Below are positions 24,933 to 33,968 of a stretch of 46,986 bases of DNA, piece by piece; the first letter of the stretch is position 1, and the number at the start of each line of letters is the position of its first letter. Below the pieces are notes generated by a model, which was not told the DNA's origin, made no database searches, and worked only from the letters and a program-made list of their open reading frames with translations. Location: contig CAYGEM010000001.1 in assembly GCA_964348915.1 (NCBI GenBank), positions 79,396 to 126,381 on the forward strand, read 5' to 3'. Position numbers and translations under genes: made by a program. The DNA is from an uncultured Candidatus Saccharibacteria bacterium. GTDB taxonomy: Bacteria > Patescibacteriota > Minisyncoccia > UBA6257 > Colwellbacteraceae.

Positions 24933-25805
24933 TTACTTGGACAATAGGAAATCCAGGAATTTTTCCAATGAATTCCGCTCCGGCTCCGGACAGCCGCATC
25001 CTTTGCAAATTTCCGGCAAAGCCCTTCTCGTCTCGTAAAACCCGAGACGGACGAGTTCGCCGGTCTTATCGAAATCAAGCAGGTCAAAGGAAGAAATCGG
25101 CGGGCTTATCACAATATCGGCCTGCTTCAGTATTTTTTTGGCAACCTGATAGCTCGCGGCCGACAATCCGTTCGAGATAAGAGAAAACAAGCGACCGAGA
25201 TGAACCATATCCAGCGGCACTTCGCTTATGTCCACCCAATGACCGGAAACGTCGGCGGCAATCACGAAATCGGCGCCCATTTTTTTTACCACATCAACCG
25301 GCACCGGATTGACCGCTCCGCCATCCATGAGCAACTCGTTATTCACCGAAACCGGATTGAAAATGATAGGAATGGCGGCGCTCGCTTTTACGGCATCGGC
25401 AAGATTTCCTTTTGTCAAAATTACTTCCTCGCCGTCTTTGACGCGAGTGGCCACGGCAGAGAAAGGAATGCGGCAATTTTCGATTTTTTTATCGCCGAAA
25501 AATTCGTCCACCCACTTGGCTACCGGCTGTCCTTTCAAGATTATCCCCTCGCGCTTCCTGATAATCTTCAACATAGGCGCGATATCTTTGGGCTTAAAAC
25601 CGAGGAAAAATTTCTCCAACGTGTCCACTTCGCCGTTTGAAGCAAACCAGGCCCCGACTATCGCGCCCATGCTCGTGCCGGCGACATAACTTATGGGTAT
25701 CTTGGCGTCGAGAAGGGCTTTGATAATGCCGATATGAGCAAGCCCCCGGGCGCCGCCGCCGGAAAGAGCCAGCCCGACTTTCTTTTGCGTGATTTTCTTA
25801 GGCAT
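24933..25805 (-). CDS. patatin-like phospholipase (RssA/NTE family)
   Basis: LSGGGARG, GTSMG, ASAAIP, DGG. Confidence 0.92.
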   Translation of the reverse strand: MPKKITQKKVGLALSGGGARGLAHIGIIKALLDAKIPISYVAGTSMGAIVGAWFASNGEVDTLEKFFLGFKPKDIAPMLKIIRKREGIILKGQPVAKWVDEFFGDKKIENCRIPFSAVATRVKDGEEVILTKGNLADAVKASAAIPIIFNPVSVNNELLMDGGAVNPVPVDVVKKMGADFVIAADVSGHWVDISEVPLDMVHLGRLFSLISNGLSAASYQVAKKILKQADIVISPPISSFDLLDFDKTGELVRLGFYETRRALPEICKGCGCPEPERNSLEKFLDFLLSK

Positions 25806-25864
25806 GATTTATTTTAACACTTCGCGACTGAAAGCGAATTTTTGCGTCTTCGAATTGCTAAAAA

Positions 25865-26434
25865 TCAACGATTTTTATAATAAACCCTGTCCTCGACCCG
25901 CAAATCGATATAGCTTATTTTCGGCCACTCCGCCGAATTTTTGAGGCCGGAAACAACCGAAGAAGCGGATTCCGGGGAAAAACGAAAGCTGAATAATATC
26001 CGCGGCCCGTTGATTGTTTCCGCGATTAATTCTTTTTTGCCGAGGTCTTCCACTTTCAGCGAAACAAACGGAAGGTCGTTCTGGCGCATAAAAGAGATTA
26101 TCCGCCGGAGGTTCGTTACTTCTCCCTCATCCAAAACCGAATCTCCTTTTTTCAATCCAGGTGAACCGATGTCCGTCACCGAAGGCATAAGCGTTCCTTC
26201 GGTAAAAGGCGCCTCCTGCCAAAGTTTGCCGCGGCTGTCCAGCCAAAAACAGGCGTCGCTGCACCAGACCACGTCTTTTTCGCCGATTTCAAGCGCGGAT
26301 AGAGTCGGAACGGTTTTCTTTTCCCTTATCAATCCTGACCAAAAATTTCTAATGTTCCCCCAGGACAGAAAGAGCGGCGATGCCAAAATCAAGAAAATGA
26401 ATATGACTGCTGAAATTTTGGCGAAACGCCGCAT
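25865..26434 (-). CDS. FtsQ/DivIB-like cell division protein
   Basis: N-terminal TM; C-terminal YIDLRVEDRVYY. Confidence 0.6.
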   Translation of the reverse strand: MRRFAKISAVIFIFLILASPLFLSWGNIRNFWSGLIREKKTVPTLSALEIGEKDVVWCSDACFWLDSRGKLWQEAPFTEGTLMPSVTDIGSPGLKKGDSVLDEGEVTNLRRIISFMRQNDLPFVSLKVEDLGKKELIAETINGPRILFSFRFSPESASSVVSGLKNSAEWPKISYIDLRVEDRVYYKNR

Positions 26435-26435
26435 T

Positions 26436-27665
26436 TTATCCAGCCGGATTAATTTCCTCTTTGCCCATATAATCCCTTACCGCTTCCGGCAAAATGATTC
26501 TCCCGTCTTCGGTCTGATTGTTCTCCATAAGAGCGATAATGGCGCGAAAAGTGAATCCGGTCGCGTTCAGAGTATGCACGAACTCATTTTCTCCGGCGTT
26601 CTTCCGGTAGCGGATATTCAGCCCCCTTGACTGATAATCGGTGGTATTGGAGCAGGAATGGGTCTCGCGATAACGATTCTGTCCGGGAAACCAGGCCTCG
26701 ATATCATATTGTTTGTAATCGTTGAAGCCCATATCACCGGTGGAAATGAACATCACCCGATAGGGCAGGCCGAGCGTCTGCATAAATTTCTCCTGCAGGG
26801 AAAGAAGAAACTGATGCTCTTCTTCGGAATCCTCCGGCCGAGTCAGGCAATTCAGCTCCAGCTTGTCGAACTGATGGACGCGCAGAATTCCTTTCATATC
26901 TTTGCCGTAAGTTCCCGCTTCCCGGCGGAAACAAGTGGAAAAACCCAGGTATCTTTTCGGCAATTCTTCGGCCGAAAGAATGTCATCGGTATGGAACGGA
27001 ATAATGGAATGCTCGGAACTGCCGATAAGATAGAGGTCGTCTTTAGGCAGATAGAAAGCGTCTTCGGCTTCAAGGAATTTAATTTTGCCCATACCCTTCA
27101 TTATCTCCGGTTTAACCATCACCGGCGGCAGAACCGGCAGGAACCCGGCGCGGGTGAAAATATCGAAACCGAGACGCACCAAGGCAAATTCCAGCTTAAC
27201 CAAATCGCCGAAAATGTAACCGAAGCGGCTGCCGGCGATGCGCGCCGCCTTATCGGTATTGATAAGTCCGTTTGCCAAAGCCAGATAATCTTTCGGCTCG
27301 AAAGAAAAATCAGGCCGGTCCCCTTCTTCGCGCAAAACCACACTATCGTTTTCATCCCGTCCAACCGGAACATCGGAAGCCGGCGGATTGGGTATTTGAT
27401 CCACCACCATTGTCCTTTCGCTTTCCAGAACCGCGAGTTTCTTCTCTTTATCTTTTATCTCTTCTTTGATTTTTCTCGCTTCTTCTCTTTTCTCTCCGCC
27501 AAGTTGTTTCTGACTCGAACGCAACGTGTCCACGACGCCTTTCAACTTTCGCCATTCAGCGTCAATCTCCATAAACCTGTTCACGAGCCCTGGGTCGCAA
27601 TTTTTCTTCGCTAAGCTTTCTTTGATTTTCTCCGGCTCTTCCCGGACGATATTGATGTCAATCAT
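26436..27665 (-). CDS. serS: serine--tRNA ligase
   Basis: MIDINIVR, STCFRREAG, GILRVHQFDKLE, SCSNTTDYQSR, HTLNAT. Confidence 0.97.
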   Translation of the reverse strand: MIDINIVREEPEKIKESLAKKNCDPGLVNRFMEIDAEWRKLKGVVDTLRSSQKQLGGEKREEARKIKEEIKDKEKKLAVLESERTMVVDQIPNPPASDVPVGRDENDSVVLREEGDRPDFSFEPKDYLALANGLINTDKAARIAGSRFGYIFGDLVKLEFALVRLGFDIFTRAGFLPVLPPVMVKPEIMKGMGKIKFLEAEDAFYLPKDDLYLIGSSEHSIIPFHTDDILSAEELPKRYLGFSTCFRREAGTYGKDMKGILRVHQFDKLELNCLTRPEDSEEEHQFLLSLQEKFMQTLGLPYRVMFISTGDMGFNDYKQYDIEAWFPGQNRYRETHSCSNTTDYQSRGLNIRYRKNAGENEFVHTLNATGFTFRAIIALMENNQTEDGRIILPEAVRDYMGKEEINPAG

Positions 27666-27678
27666 TGATTTTGTTTGA

Positions 27679-29019
27679 TTAATTTAATTCTTTGCTTCTC
27701 AAGGTTGGAAAAATGATGGTTTCTTTGACTGATTTTTTGGTAATAATGGCGACCAGCCGGTCAATCCCGAGACCGAGCCCGGCTGACGGCGGCATGCCGT
27801 ATTCCAGGGCCTCGATAAAATCTTCGTCCAATCGTGACGCTTCCGGATTGCCGGCGCGGTATTGCCTCTCCTGCTCTTCCATCTGTTTTCTCTGAAAAAT
27901 AGGGTCGTTCATTTCGGAAAAGGCCTTTATCAATTCCGCTCCCTCCACAATCAACTGGAAGCTTTCGGTAAGGGTCTCGTCCTCATTTTTGACTTTCGCG
28001 AGAGGCATCAATGTTTCGGGAAAATCCAAAACAACCGTCGGCTCCATAATCTTAGTCCTCACTTCTTTGTTAAAAATTTCTATAAGTTTTTCCAGAGAAA
28101 AATCCCGGAAATTTTTACCGGTTTCTCGCTCGAATAAATCGGAAAAAGTCACCCGCCGCCATTCTCCCGGAATGAATTTTTTCAATATCTTTTCAATGAA
28201 AGAAAGCATCCCCATATAATCCTGATAAGCCCAATAGCACTCCAGGGAAGTGAATTCGGGATTATGAAGCTTATCAATGCCTTCGTTTCTGAAAACGCGG
28301 CCGATTTCGAACACCTTATTCAAGCCGGCGACGAGCAACCGCTTCAGGTAAAGCTCCGGAGCGATACGCAGATAAAAATCCTGCTCCAGGGCGTTGTGGC
28401 GGGTGACGAACGGCCGGGCCTGCGCTCCGCCGGGAATCGGCTGGAGAATCGGCGTTTCCACCTCCATGAATCCTTCCTGCCAAAATTCTTCCCGAAGATA
28501 TTTTATGATTTCCGAACGCAAACGAAGCGTTTCTTTGACTTCCGGATTCAGAAAAATATCCAGATAGCGATGGCGAAAACGTTCTTCCGTGTCTTCCAGA
28601 CCGTACCAGGACGAAGGAAGCGGCCGAATGGATTTGGTAAGAATCCGGAAAGACCTTATTTCAACGCTTTTTTCCCCTTTTTTCGTCCTGAAAAATGGTC
28701 CGCTTACTTCGACGAAATCGCCGATATCCGTGGTTCTTTTAATGAAACCGAAATCTTTGAGATTTTTTTTGCCGACGACGGCTTGAATTTTCCCCGTGCC
28801 ATCGTCAATATCCATAAAAAGCACCGACCCCATATCGCGGACGGCCGTAACGCGGCCAGCCAGAAAAATCTTCCGGCGGCTCACGGCCAATTTGAAAAAT
28901 TTTTTCAGCGCTTCCGCAACCGAAAAAGTCCTTTCCGCTTTTGCCGGATAAGGATTAATTCCACTGTCGTTAAGAAGCTTGAGTTTGCTTTTTCGCGCTT
29001 CTATGATTTTTTCCAGCAT
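27679..29019 (-). CDS. lysS: lysine--tRNA ligase (class II)
   Basis: EVETPIL, YLRIAPELYLKRL, FRNEG, HNPEFT, YGMPPSAGLGLGIDRL. Confidence 0.97.
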   Translation of the reverse strand: MLEKIIEARKSKLKLLNDSGINPYPAKAERTFSVAEALKKFFKLAVSRRKIFLAGRVTAVRDMGSVLFMDIDDGTGKIQAVVGKKNLKDFGFIKRTTDIGDFVEVSGPFFRTKKGEKSVEIRSFRILTKSIRPLPSSWYGLEDTEERFRHRYLDIFLNPEVKETLRLRSEIIKYLREEFWQEGFMEVETPILQPIPGGAQARPFVTRHNALEQDFYLRIAPELYLKRLLVAGLNKVFEIGRVFRNEGIDKLHNPEFTSLECYWAYQDYMGMLSFIEKILKKFIPGEWRRVTFSDLFERETGKNFRDFSLEKLIEIFNKEVRTKIMEPTVVLDFPETLMPLAKVKNEDETLTESFQLIVEGAELIKAFSEMNDPIFQRKQMEEQERQYRAGNPEASRLDEDFIEALEYGMPPSAGLGLGIDRLVAIITKKSVKETIIFPTLRSKELN

Positions 29020-29475
29020 CTACTCAATTTTAACAATTTTGTAGTAGTTTTCGCCAGCGGGCGTTTTAACCGTTATCTCTTCCCCCTCTTTTCTGTCAAT
29101 GAGCGCGGCGCCAAGGGGCGATTCATTCGATATCAGCCCTTCTTCGGGTTTGGCTTCGGTCGAACCGGTAATAACATACTTTTTCATTTCGCCTTTGCCT
29201 TTTAGCGAAACTGTCGAGCCGACACTCACCATATCCGTTTTTCCGGCGCGAGTTATGACTACGGCGCTTCTAAGCAATTCTCCTATTTCGATAATGCGTA
29301 TTTCCAAGGCCTCCTGCGCTTCCCGGGCTTCGGCGTATTCGGCGTTTTCCGATAAATCGCCGTATTCTTTGGCGCGGAGGAGCCTTTCAGCCACCTCTAT
29401 TCTGCGGGTCTTTTTCAACTCTTCCAGCTCTTTCTTTAAGGATTCCTGCCTTTCCTTGGAGAGATAAGATGTCAT
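29020..29475 (-). CDS. greA: transcription elongation factor GreA
   Basis: GDLSENAEY, ISNESPLG; true start ATG at 29475 (MTSYLS). Confidence 0.95.
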   Translation of the reverse strand: MTSYLSKERQESLKKELEELKKTRRIEVAERLLRAKEYGDLSENAEYAEAREAQEALEIRIIEIGELLRSAVVITRAGKTDMVSVGSTVSLKGKGEMKKYVITGSTEAKPEEGLISNESPLGAALIDRKEGEEITVKTPAGENYYKIVKIE

Positions 29476-29542
29476 AGGATAATTCTTTTCTGCCCCCGCG
29501 ACTTTCCCGGGGATTGGCTGATTATACTTGGTCTGGAAGAAA

Positions 29543-30259
29543 TTACAAATGCCTCTTCCCCAGAAGTGATTTAAGAGCGAGGAGAAGAAGAAAAGCGAGC
29601 CGGCCGGAACGCCGGTTCCTGTTCCCGGGTGTCGATTCGAGGCCGATTTTTTCAATCGGAAAATTTTCTGTTGCGGCCAAGACCACAAACTCGGTTTCCA
29701 GCCATTTCCCCTTGAAACGCAGTTTTGGAAATATTTTGATGAAAATCTGCCGAGACGAACACAAAAGAGCTTCGGGCGCGGCATCCAAGCCGGGATAGCC
29801 GAAAAATCCGGCAAGCCGGTCGGCCAAACGGCCAAATGGGCTTTTCGGGAAGAAACCGTTTTCATCTCCAAAACAGCCGACATAAATTTTCCCTTCTTCG
29901 GCCGCGGATAAAGTCCGGCTTAATTTTAAAAGGCTGTCCCGAGAAAAAATAAACGGGTTGATAAAAAGGCACAATCGTCCCCGCGCTTCGGCGACGGCCT
30001 TCTCCAACAAGGAAGACCTGTTTAATTTCCCTCCGGTTTCAAGCAGAAAAGCGTTCCGGACAAACGGGAGCAAGGAAACGACAGTTTGTTCGGCTTCTTT
30101 GTTTCGGCCTTCGTTAAAAAAAATTAATTCGCCGTCGAAATCCGCCGAAGAAAAAGCAAAGTCGGCATCGGCCATCGCCGACGCGGCCTCTTTTCCACTC
30201 GCGCCTATCGGAAGGATAACGGAAAAACGGCAATCGGCCTTCCTTATCTCTTTGCCCAC
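29543..30259 (-). CDS. degenerate GT2 (DPM-synthase-like) glycosyltransferase homolog
   Basis: FSVILP, ARG, ETEFVVLA and PIEKI resemble the GT2 layout; acidic DDG/DxD motifs absent. Confidence 0.5.
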   Translation of the reverse strand: MGKEIRKADCRFSVILPIGASGKEAASAMADADFAFSSADFDGELIFFNEGRNKEAEQTVVSLLPFVRNAFLLETGGKLNRSSLLEKAVAEARGRLCLFINPFIFSRDSLLKLSRTLSAAEEGKIYVGCFGDENGFFPKSPFGRLADRLAGFFGYPGLDAAPEALLCSSRQIFIKIFPKLRFKGKWLETEFVVLAATENFPIEKIGLESTPGNRNRRSGRLAFLLLLALKSLLGKRHL

Positions 30260-30660
30260 TGTGGAGCGCGGCGCGCTTTCTTCAGACCGTATTTTTTGCG
30301 TTCAACCATTCGCGAATCTCGCGTAAGCAAACCCTCCTTCCGCAGAGGCAGTCGAAGTGATTCGTCAAATTTGACCAAAGCGCGCGCAAGACCAAGAGAA
30401 ACGGCGCCGGATTGAGCGTGAAGCCCTCCTCCCTTCACGATAACCGTCATTTTCAGCTTGCCTTTCGAACTCGTCTGATTGAATGGCGCCACAGCCTCCT
30501 CGCGCTGATGCTCATCTTTAAAATATTTCTTGTATTCTTCGTTGTTCACCAAAACAGACGTTTCTTTGGCTCCGGGATAAATTCTTACCCGGGCGGAAGC
30601 GGTTTTGCGCCGTCCGACGGCCTCGAAATACTTCCCTTCTTTGTTTTCTTCTTTGGTCAT
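30244..30660 (-). CDS. rpsI: 30S ribosomal protein S9
   Basis: GRRKTASARV, GGGLHAQ, LTRDSRMVERKKYG, PQWAKR. Confidence 0.97.
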   Translation of the reverse strand: MTKEENKEGKYFEAVGRRKTASARVRIYPGAKETSVLVNNEEYKKYFKDEHQREEAVAPFNQTSSKGKLKMTVIVKGGGLHAQSGAVSLGLARALVKFDESLRLPLRKEGLLTRDSRMVERKKYGLKKARRAPQWAKR

Positions 30661-30662
30661 TT

Positions 30663-31007
30663 TTATTTTTCGATTTTCAATCTTGCCAGGCGTTTTTTGA
30701 GAAGGCGATTTTTCGGCAACATTTTCCTTATTGTTTCCCTGACCACCCTGACCGGATTTTTCGCAAAGGCCTCTTTAAATCTCGCCTCTTTAAGATGACC
30801 CATGTAACCCGTATGGCGATAGAAAATTTTCTGTTCCTCTTTCCGGCCGCTTAATTTGAGCTGGCTCGTGTTTTTAATCAGCACGCTGTCCTCCCCTTCC
30901 AGACGCGGATTATATTTGGGACTTTTTTTACCCTGAAGAATCACCGCCGCTTCCGAAGCGATTCTTCCCAATCTCTTTTCTTTGGCGTCAAAAATAAATT
31001 CAGCCAT
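30663..31007 (-). CDS. rplM: 50S ribosomal protein L13 (short)
   Basis: LGRIAS, LQGKKSP, YRHTGYMG, MLPKN. Confidence 0.95.
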   Translation of the reverse strand: MAEFIFDAKEKRLGRIASEAAVILQGKKSPKYNPRLEGEDSVLIKNTSQLKLSGRKEEQKIFYRHTGYMGHLKEARFKEAFAKNPVRVVRETIRKMLPKNRLLKKRLARLKIEK

Positions 31008-31009
31008 GG

Positions 31010-31360
31010 TTAAACAAAAGTTATTTTGGCTTTTTCGGTGCCGTCCCTTTTGCGGAACTCCGTCATTTTCACTATCCGCAGATAACCGCCCCGGCGAGTC
31101 TTGTAACGAGGAGCGATTTCGTGGAAAAGCTTGAAAGCGGCTTTTTCGGGAAGGCGGCTGAAAAGAAGACGCATGGAATGAAGGGTCTGTTTTTTGGCGA
31201 GAGTCACCAGTTTTTCGGCGCGGACTTTCAGTTCTTTCGCCCGCGGAAGAGTGGTCTCTATTTTTTCACGCGTAATAAGGTTGGATAAAAGAATCCGCAT
31301 GAAATGCTTGCGCGGGCCTTTCTCTTTTCCGAATTTTCTTCCTTTTTTTTGATGACGCAT
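31010..31360 (-). CDS. rplQ: 50S ribosomal protein L17
   Basis: MRHQKKGRK, IETTLPRAKE, RRGGYLRI. Confidence 0.96.
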   Translation of the reverse strand: MRHQKKGRKFGKEKGPRKHFMRILLSNLITREKIETTLPRAKELKVRAEKLVTLAKKQTLHSMRLLFSRLPEKAAFKLFHEIAPRYKTRRGGYLRIVKMTEFRKRDGTEKAKITFV

Positions 31361-31406
31361 TTTAATTTAGCTTTTCCCGGTTGCCAGAATATTTTCGGCC
31401 GGCATT

Positions 31407-32117
31407 TTATTCCTCTTTCCTCTTTTCCAAAAAAGAATATATCTTCCGGAAATGTTCGGAAAGAATGTCGGTCGCTTTAGCGAGCGCCTCGGCGGGCGAA
31501 ATCGAACCATCGGTTTCCAAGGCGACCAAAAGTTTATTGTAATCCGTCCGGTCGCCGACACGCATGCTCTCTATGGAAAAACTGACCTTCCTGACCGGAG
31601 AAAAGACGGCATCGAGCGCGACCACGCCGATTTCCAGTTTTTCTTTTTTCCTCTTTTCCACCGGGACGTAACCCAATCCCCGTTCCACGGTAATCTGCAT
31701 TTCCAGGTCGACTTTCTTTTCAGTGATGGTAAAGAGATGCTGGTCAGGATTGATTATTTTCAATTGCGCGTTCCCGCCGATATCTCCGGCCGATATCTTT
31801 TTCTCCCCCTTGGCCCTCAAAGTAAGAATCTGCGGTTCGTCGGCGTAAAAATTAAATCGGACTTTTTTCAAATTCAAGCCGATCTCCAGAACATCCTCCA
31901 ATACCCCCGGAATCACCGAAAATTCATGCAAAATTCCTTTTACTTTGAACTGGGTGACCGCCGCTCCGGGAATGGACGAAAGCAACGCCCGCCGCAAACT
32001 GTTGCCAATGGTCAGACCGTACCCAGGGTAAAGCTTCTCGATTTCGAAAATTCCCGCATTATCTTTTTCTGAAATCTTGTTGACGTTTATTTTCCCGCTA
32101 AGATCTTCTTGATTCAT
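31407..32117 (-). CDS. rpoA: RNA polymerase alpha subunit, N-terminal domain only (236 aa)
   Basis: GYGLTIGNSLRRALLSSIPG, HEFS, GLGYVP, DAVFSPV, TDGSISP; stops before the CTD. Confidence 0.95.
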   Translation of the reverse strand: MNQEDLSGKINVNKISEKDNAGIFEIEKLYPGYGLTIGNSLRRALLSSIPGAAVTQFKVKGILHEFSVIPGVLEDVLEIGLNLKKVRFNFYADEPQILTLRAKGEKKISAGDIGGNAQLKIINPDQHLFTITEKKVDLEMQITVERGLGYVPVEKRKKEKLEIGVVALDAVFSPVRKVSFSIESMRVGDRTDYNKLLVALETDGSISPAEALAKATDILSEHFRKIYSFLEKRKEE

Positions 32118-32729
32118 TTATTTGGAATAATAATTGACGACTAAGTTTAAATCAAAAGGCATATTCACATCTTTCGGCGCGGAAAGCGCTTCGGCGACCA
32201 TTTTTTCTTTGTCGAGGGAAATCCAGACGGGAGCTTCGTAGTTCTTCCAGCGGGAAGAAAGCTCTCTCGCCGCGGGATGCTCGGCTGATTCGGGGCGGAA
32301 ATTTATCCGGTCGCCCGGCCTCACCGCCATTGACGGAATGGTTACTTTCCGGCCGTTGACTTGAATGTGGCCGTGGCCGACCAATTGGCGAGCGACGCGC
32401 CTCGATGGAGCAAAGCCGGCTTGAAAAACAACATTGTCCAAACGGGATTCTAAGAGCTTAACCAGCGATACATCAGTCGGTTCAACGGACCGGTCGGCCA
32501 GCTTGAAATATTTTTTCAGGTCGGTTTCTCTCAATCCATAAGTAAATCTGACTTTCTGCTTTTCCGCCAGCTGTTTGCCATAGCCGCTGACTTTCTTGAA
32601 TCTTTTACCGTGCTGTCCGGGACGATAGGGTTTTCGAACCGAAGCGCATTTGGGCGAGGAACAACGTTCGGCTTTCAGGAACAACCGGCTGCCCAGAGAC
32701 CTCTCCTTTTTTTCCAAAACTTTAAACAT
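32118..32729 (-). CDS. rpsD: 30S ribosomal protein S4
   Basis: PGQHG, EKQKVR, LESRLDNVV, ARQLVGHGH. Confidence 0.97.
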   Translation of the reverse strand: MFKVLEKKERSLGSRLFLKAERCSSPKCASVRKPYRPGQHGKRFKKVSGYGKQLAEKQKVRFTYGLRETDLKKYFKLADRSVEPTDVSLVKLLESRLDNVVFQAGFAPSRRVARQLVGHGHIQVNGRKVTIPSMAVRPGDRINFRPESAEHPAARELSSRWKNYEAPVWISLDKEKMVAEALSAPKDVNMPFDLNLVVNYYSK

Positions 32730-32736
32730 GATTTGA

Positions 32737-33171
32737 TTAGATTCTCCTTACTTTTTTCGGTTTGGGGCCGTTATGCGGTATCGGCGTGATATCCTTGATG
32801 GATAAAATATTGAATCCGTGATTGACGAGCGACCGCAAGGCCGTATCCCGGCCGCCGCCCACTCCGGAAACGAAAACCTCGACATTGAACGGCCCGGTTT
32901 TGCTTATTTTTTCGGCGATGGCGGCGATAATCTTCTGGGAAGCGAAAGGTGTGGCTTTTTTGGGGCCGGAAAAACCTAAGGAACCGGCGCTCGCCCAAGT
33001 CACCACGTTTCCACGATTGTCAGTCACGGTAATCATCGTATTATTGTAAGAAACTCTTATATAAATCCGGCCGGTATCAACCGCTTTTTTGCTCTTCACG
33101 ACGGCCCGGACCGCATCCTCTTTTTTCTCGGCCGTCTTCTCTTTTATCGAAACTATTTTTTTCTTGCCCAT
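32737..33171 (-). CDS. rpsK: 30S ribosomal protein S11
   Basis: SYNNT, GFSGPKKATPFA, DITPIPHNG. Confidence 0.97.
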   Translation of the reverse strand: MGKKKIVSIKEKTAEKKEDAVRAVVKSKKAVDTGRIYIRVSYNNTMITVTDNRGNVVTWASAGSLGFSGPKKATPFASQKIIAAIAEKISKTGPFNVEVFVSGVGGGRDTALRSLVNHGFNILSIKDITPIPHNGPKPKKVRRI

Positions 33172-33175
33172 GAAA

Positions 33176-33559
33176 TTATTTAAGCTCCACTTTCCTCTTT
33201 CCGCTCACGGCCGTTTTCCTGACGTTGCCCCGGACGGTACGCGAATTGGTTTTAGTCCTCTGTCCGCGGGTCGGCAGACGGCGTCCGTGCCTGATGCCGC
33301 GATACGACTGAATGTTTTTCAGCCGGCTGATATTCTGCTTGATGGACTGCCGCAATTCCCCTTCGACTTTAAAATTCTTTCCGATAATCTCTCTGATTTT
33401 ATTCCCTTCTTCCGGCGACAATTCCTTGGCCCGCTTATTCGGATTTATCTTGGCTTCCGCGAGAATTTTCCCGCTCAAAACCGGCCCGATTCCATAAATA
33501 TAGCGGAGCGCCACTTCAATGCGTTTATTGTCGGGGATGTTTATGCCGATAATTCTCAT
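33176..33559 (-). CDS. rpsM: 30S ribosomal protein S13
   Basis: IYGIG, YRGIRH, LPTRGQRTKTNSRT. Confidence 0.97.
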   Translation of the reverse strand: MRIIGINIPDNKRIEVALRYIYGIGPVLSGKILAEAKINPNKRAKELSPEEGNKIREIIGKNFKVEGELRQSIKQNISRLKNIQSYRGIRHGRRLPTRGQRTKTNSRTVRGNVRKTAVSGKRKVELK

Positions 33560-33576
33560 TGGGTTAAATTTTGGAG

Positions 33577-33693
33577 TTATCCCTGCCTTTGCTTATGTTT
33601 CGGGGTTTTGTCGCAAACCACATAAATCCGCCTTCTGCGACGGACGATTTTGCAGTCCTTGCATATTTTCTTTACTGACGACCTTACTTTCAT
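33577..33693 (-). CDS. rpmJ: 50S ribosomal protein L36
   Basis: Translated by hand: [38 protein letters not shown]; not in ORF track. Confidence 0.97.
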   Translation of the reverse strand: MKVRSSVKKICKDCKIVRRRRRIYVVCDKTPKHKQRQG

Positions 33694-33708
33694 TTTTATC
33701 GCAACTTT

Positions 33709-33918
33709 TTACATTCTCCTTATTATCCTCCCCCGCGTCGCGTCATAAGGAGATATTTCCACGGTTACCCTGTCTCCGGGTAAAACGCGGATATGATGCT
33801 GGCGCATTTTTCCAGACAGATAAGCGAGTGTCTCTTCGCCTTTCTCCAACTTTACCTTAAATTTAAAGTCAGGTAACGCTTCAACAATCACTCCCGTTTC
33901 CGTCATGTGATGCTCCAT
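33709..33918 (-). CDS. infA: translation initiation factor IF-1
   Basis: [28 protein letters not shown]. Confidence 0.96.
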   Translation of the reverse strand: MEHHMTETGVIVEALPDFKFKVKLEKGEETLAYLSGKMRQHHIRVLPGDRVTVEISPYDATRGRIIRRM

Positions 33919-33968
33919 ATTAGCACGAGGAATTTGAGGCGTCAATCGATTTAACGACACTCGGCTTG

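Noticed and set aside
26658..29205. Long plus-strand ORFs 26658-27614 and 28264-29205
   Set aside because: Antisense shadows of serS and lysS
29476..29883. N-terminal extension of GreA in the ORF track
   Set aside because: Overlaps the GT2-like gene in another frame; GreA homology begins at ATG 29475
17769..31007. Short EF-Ts, L13 and LysRS as pseudogenes
   Set aside because: Frames and key motifs are intact; consistent with streamlining
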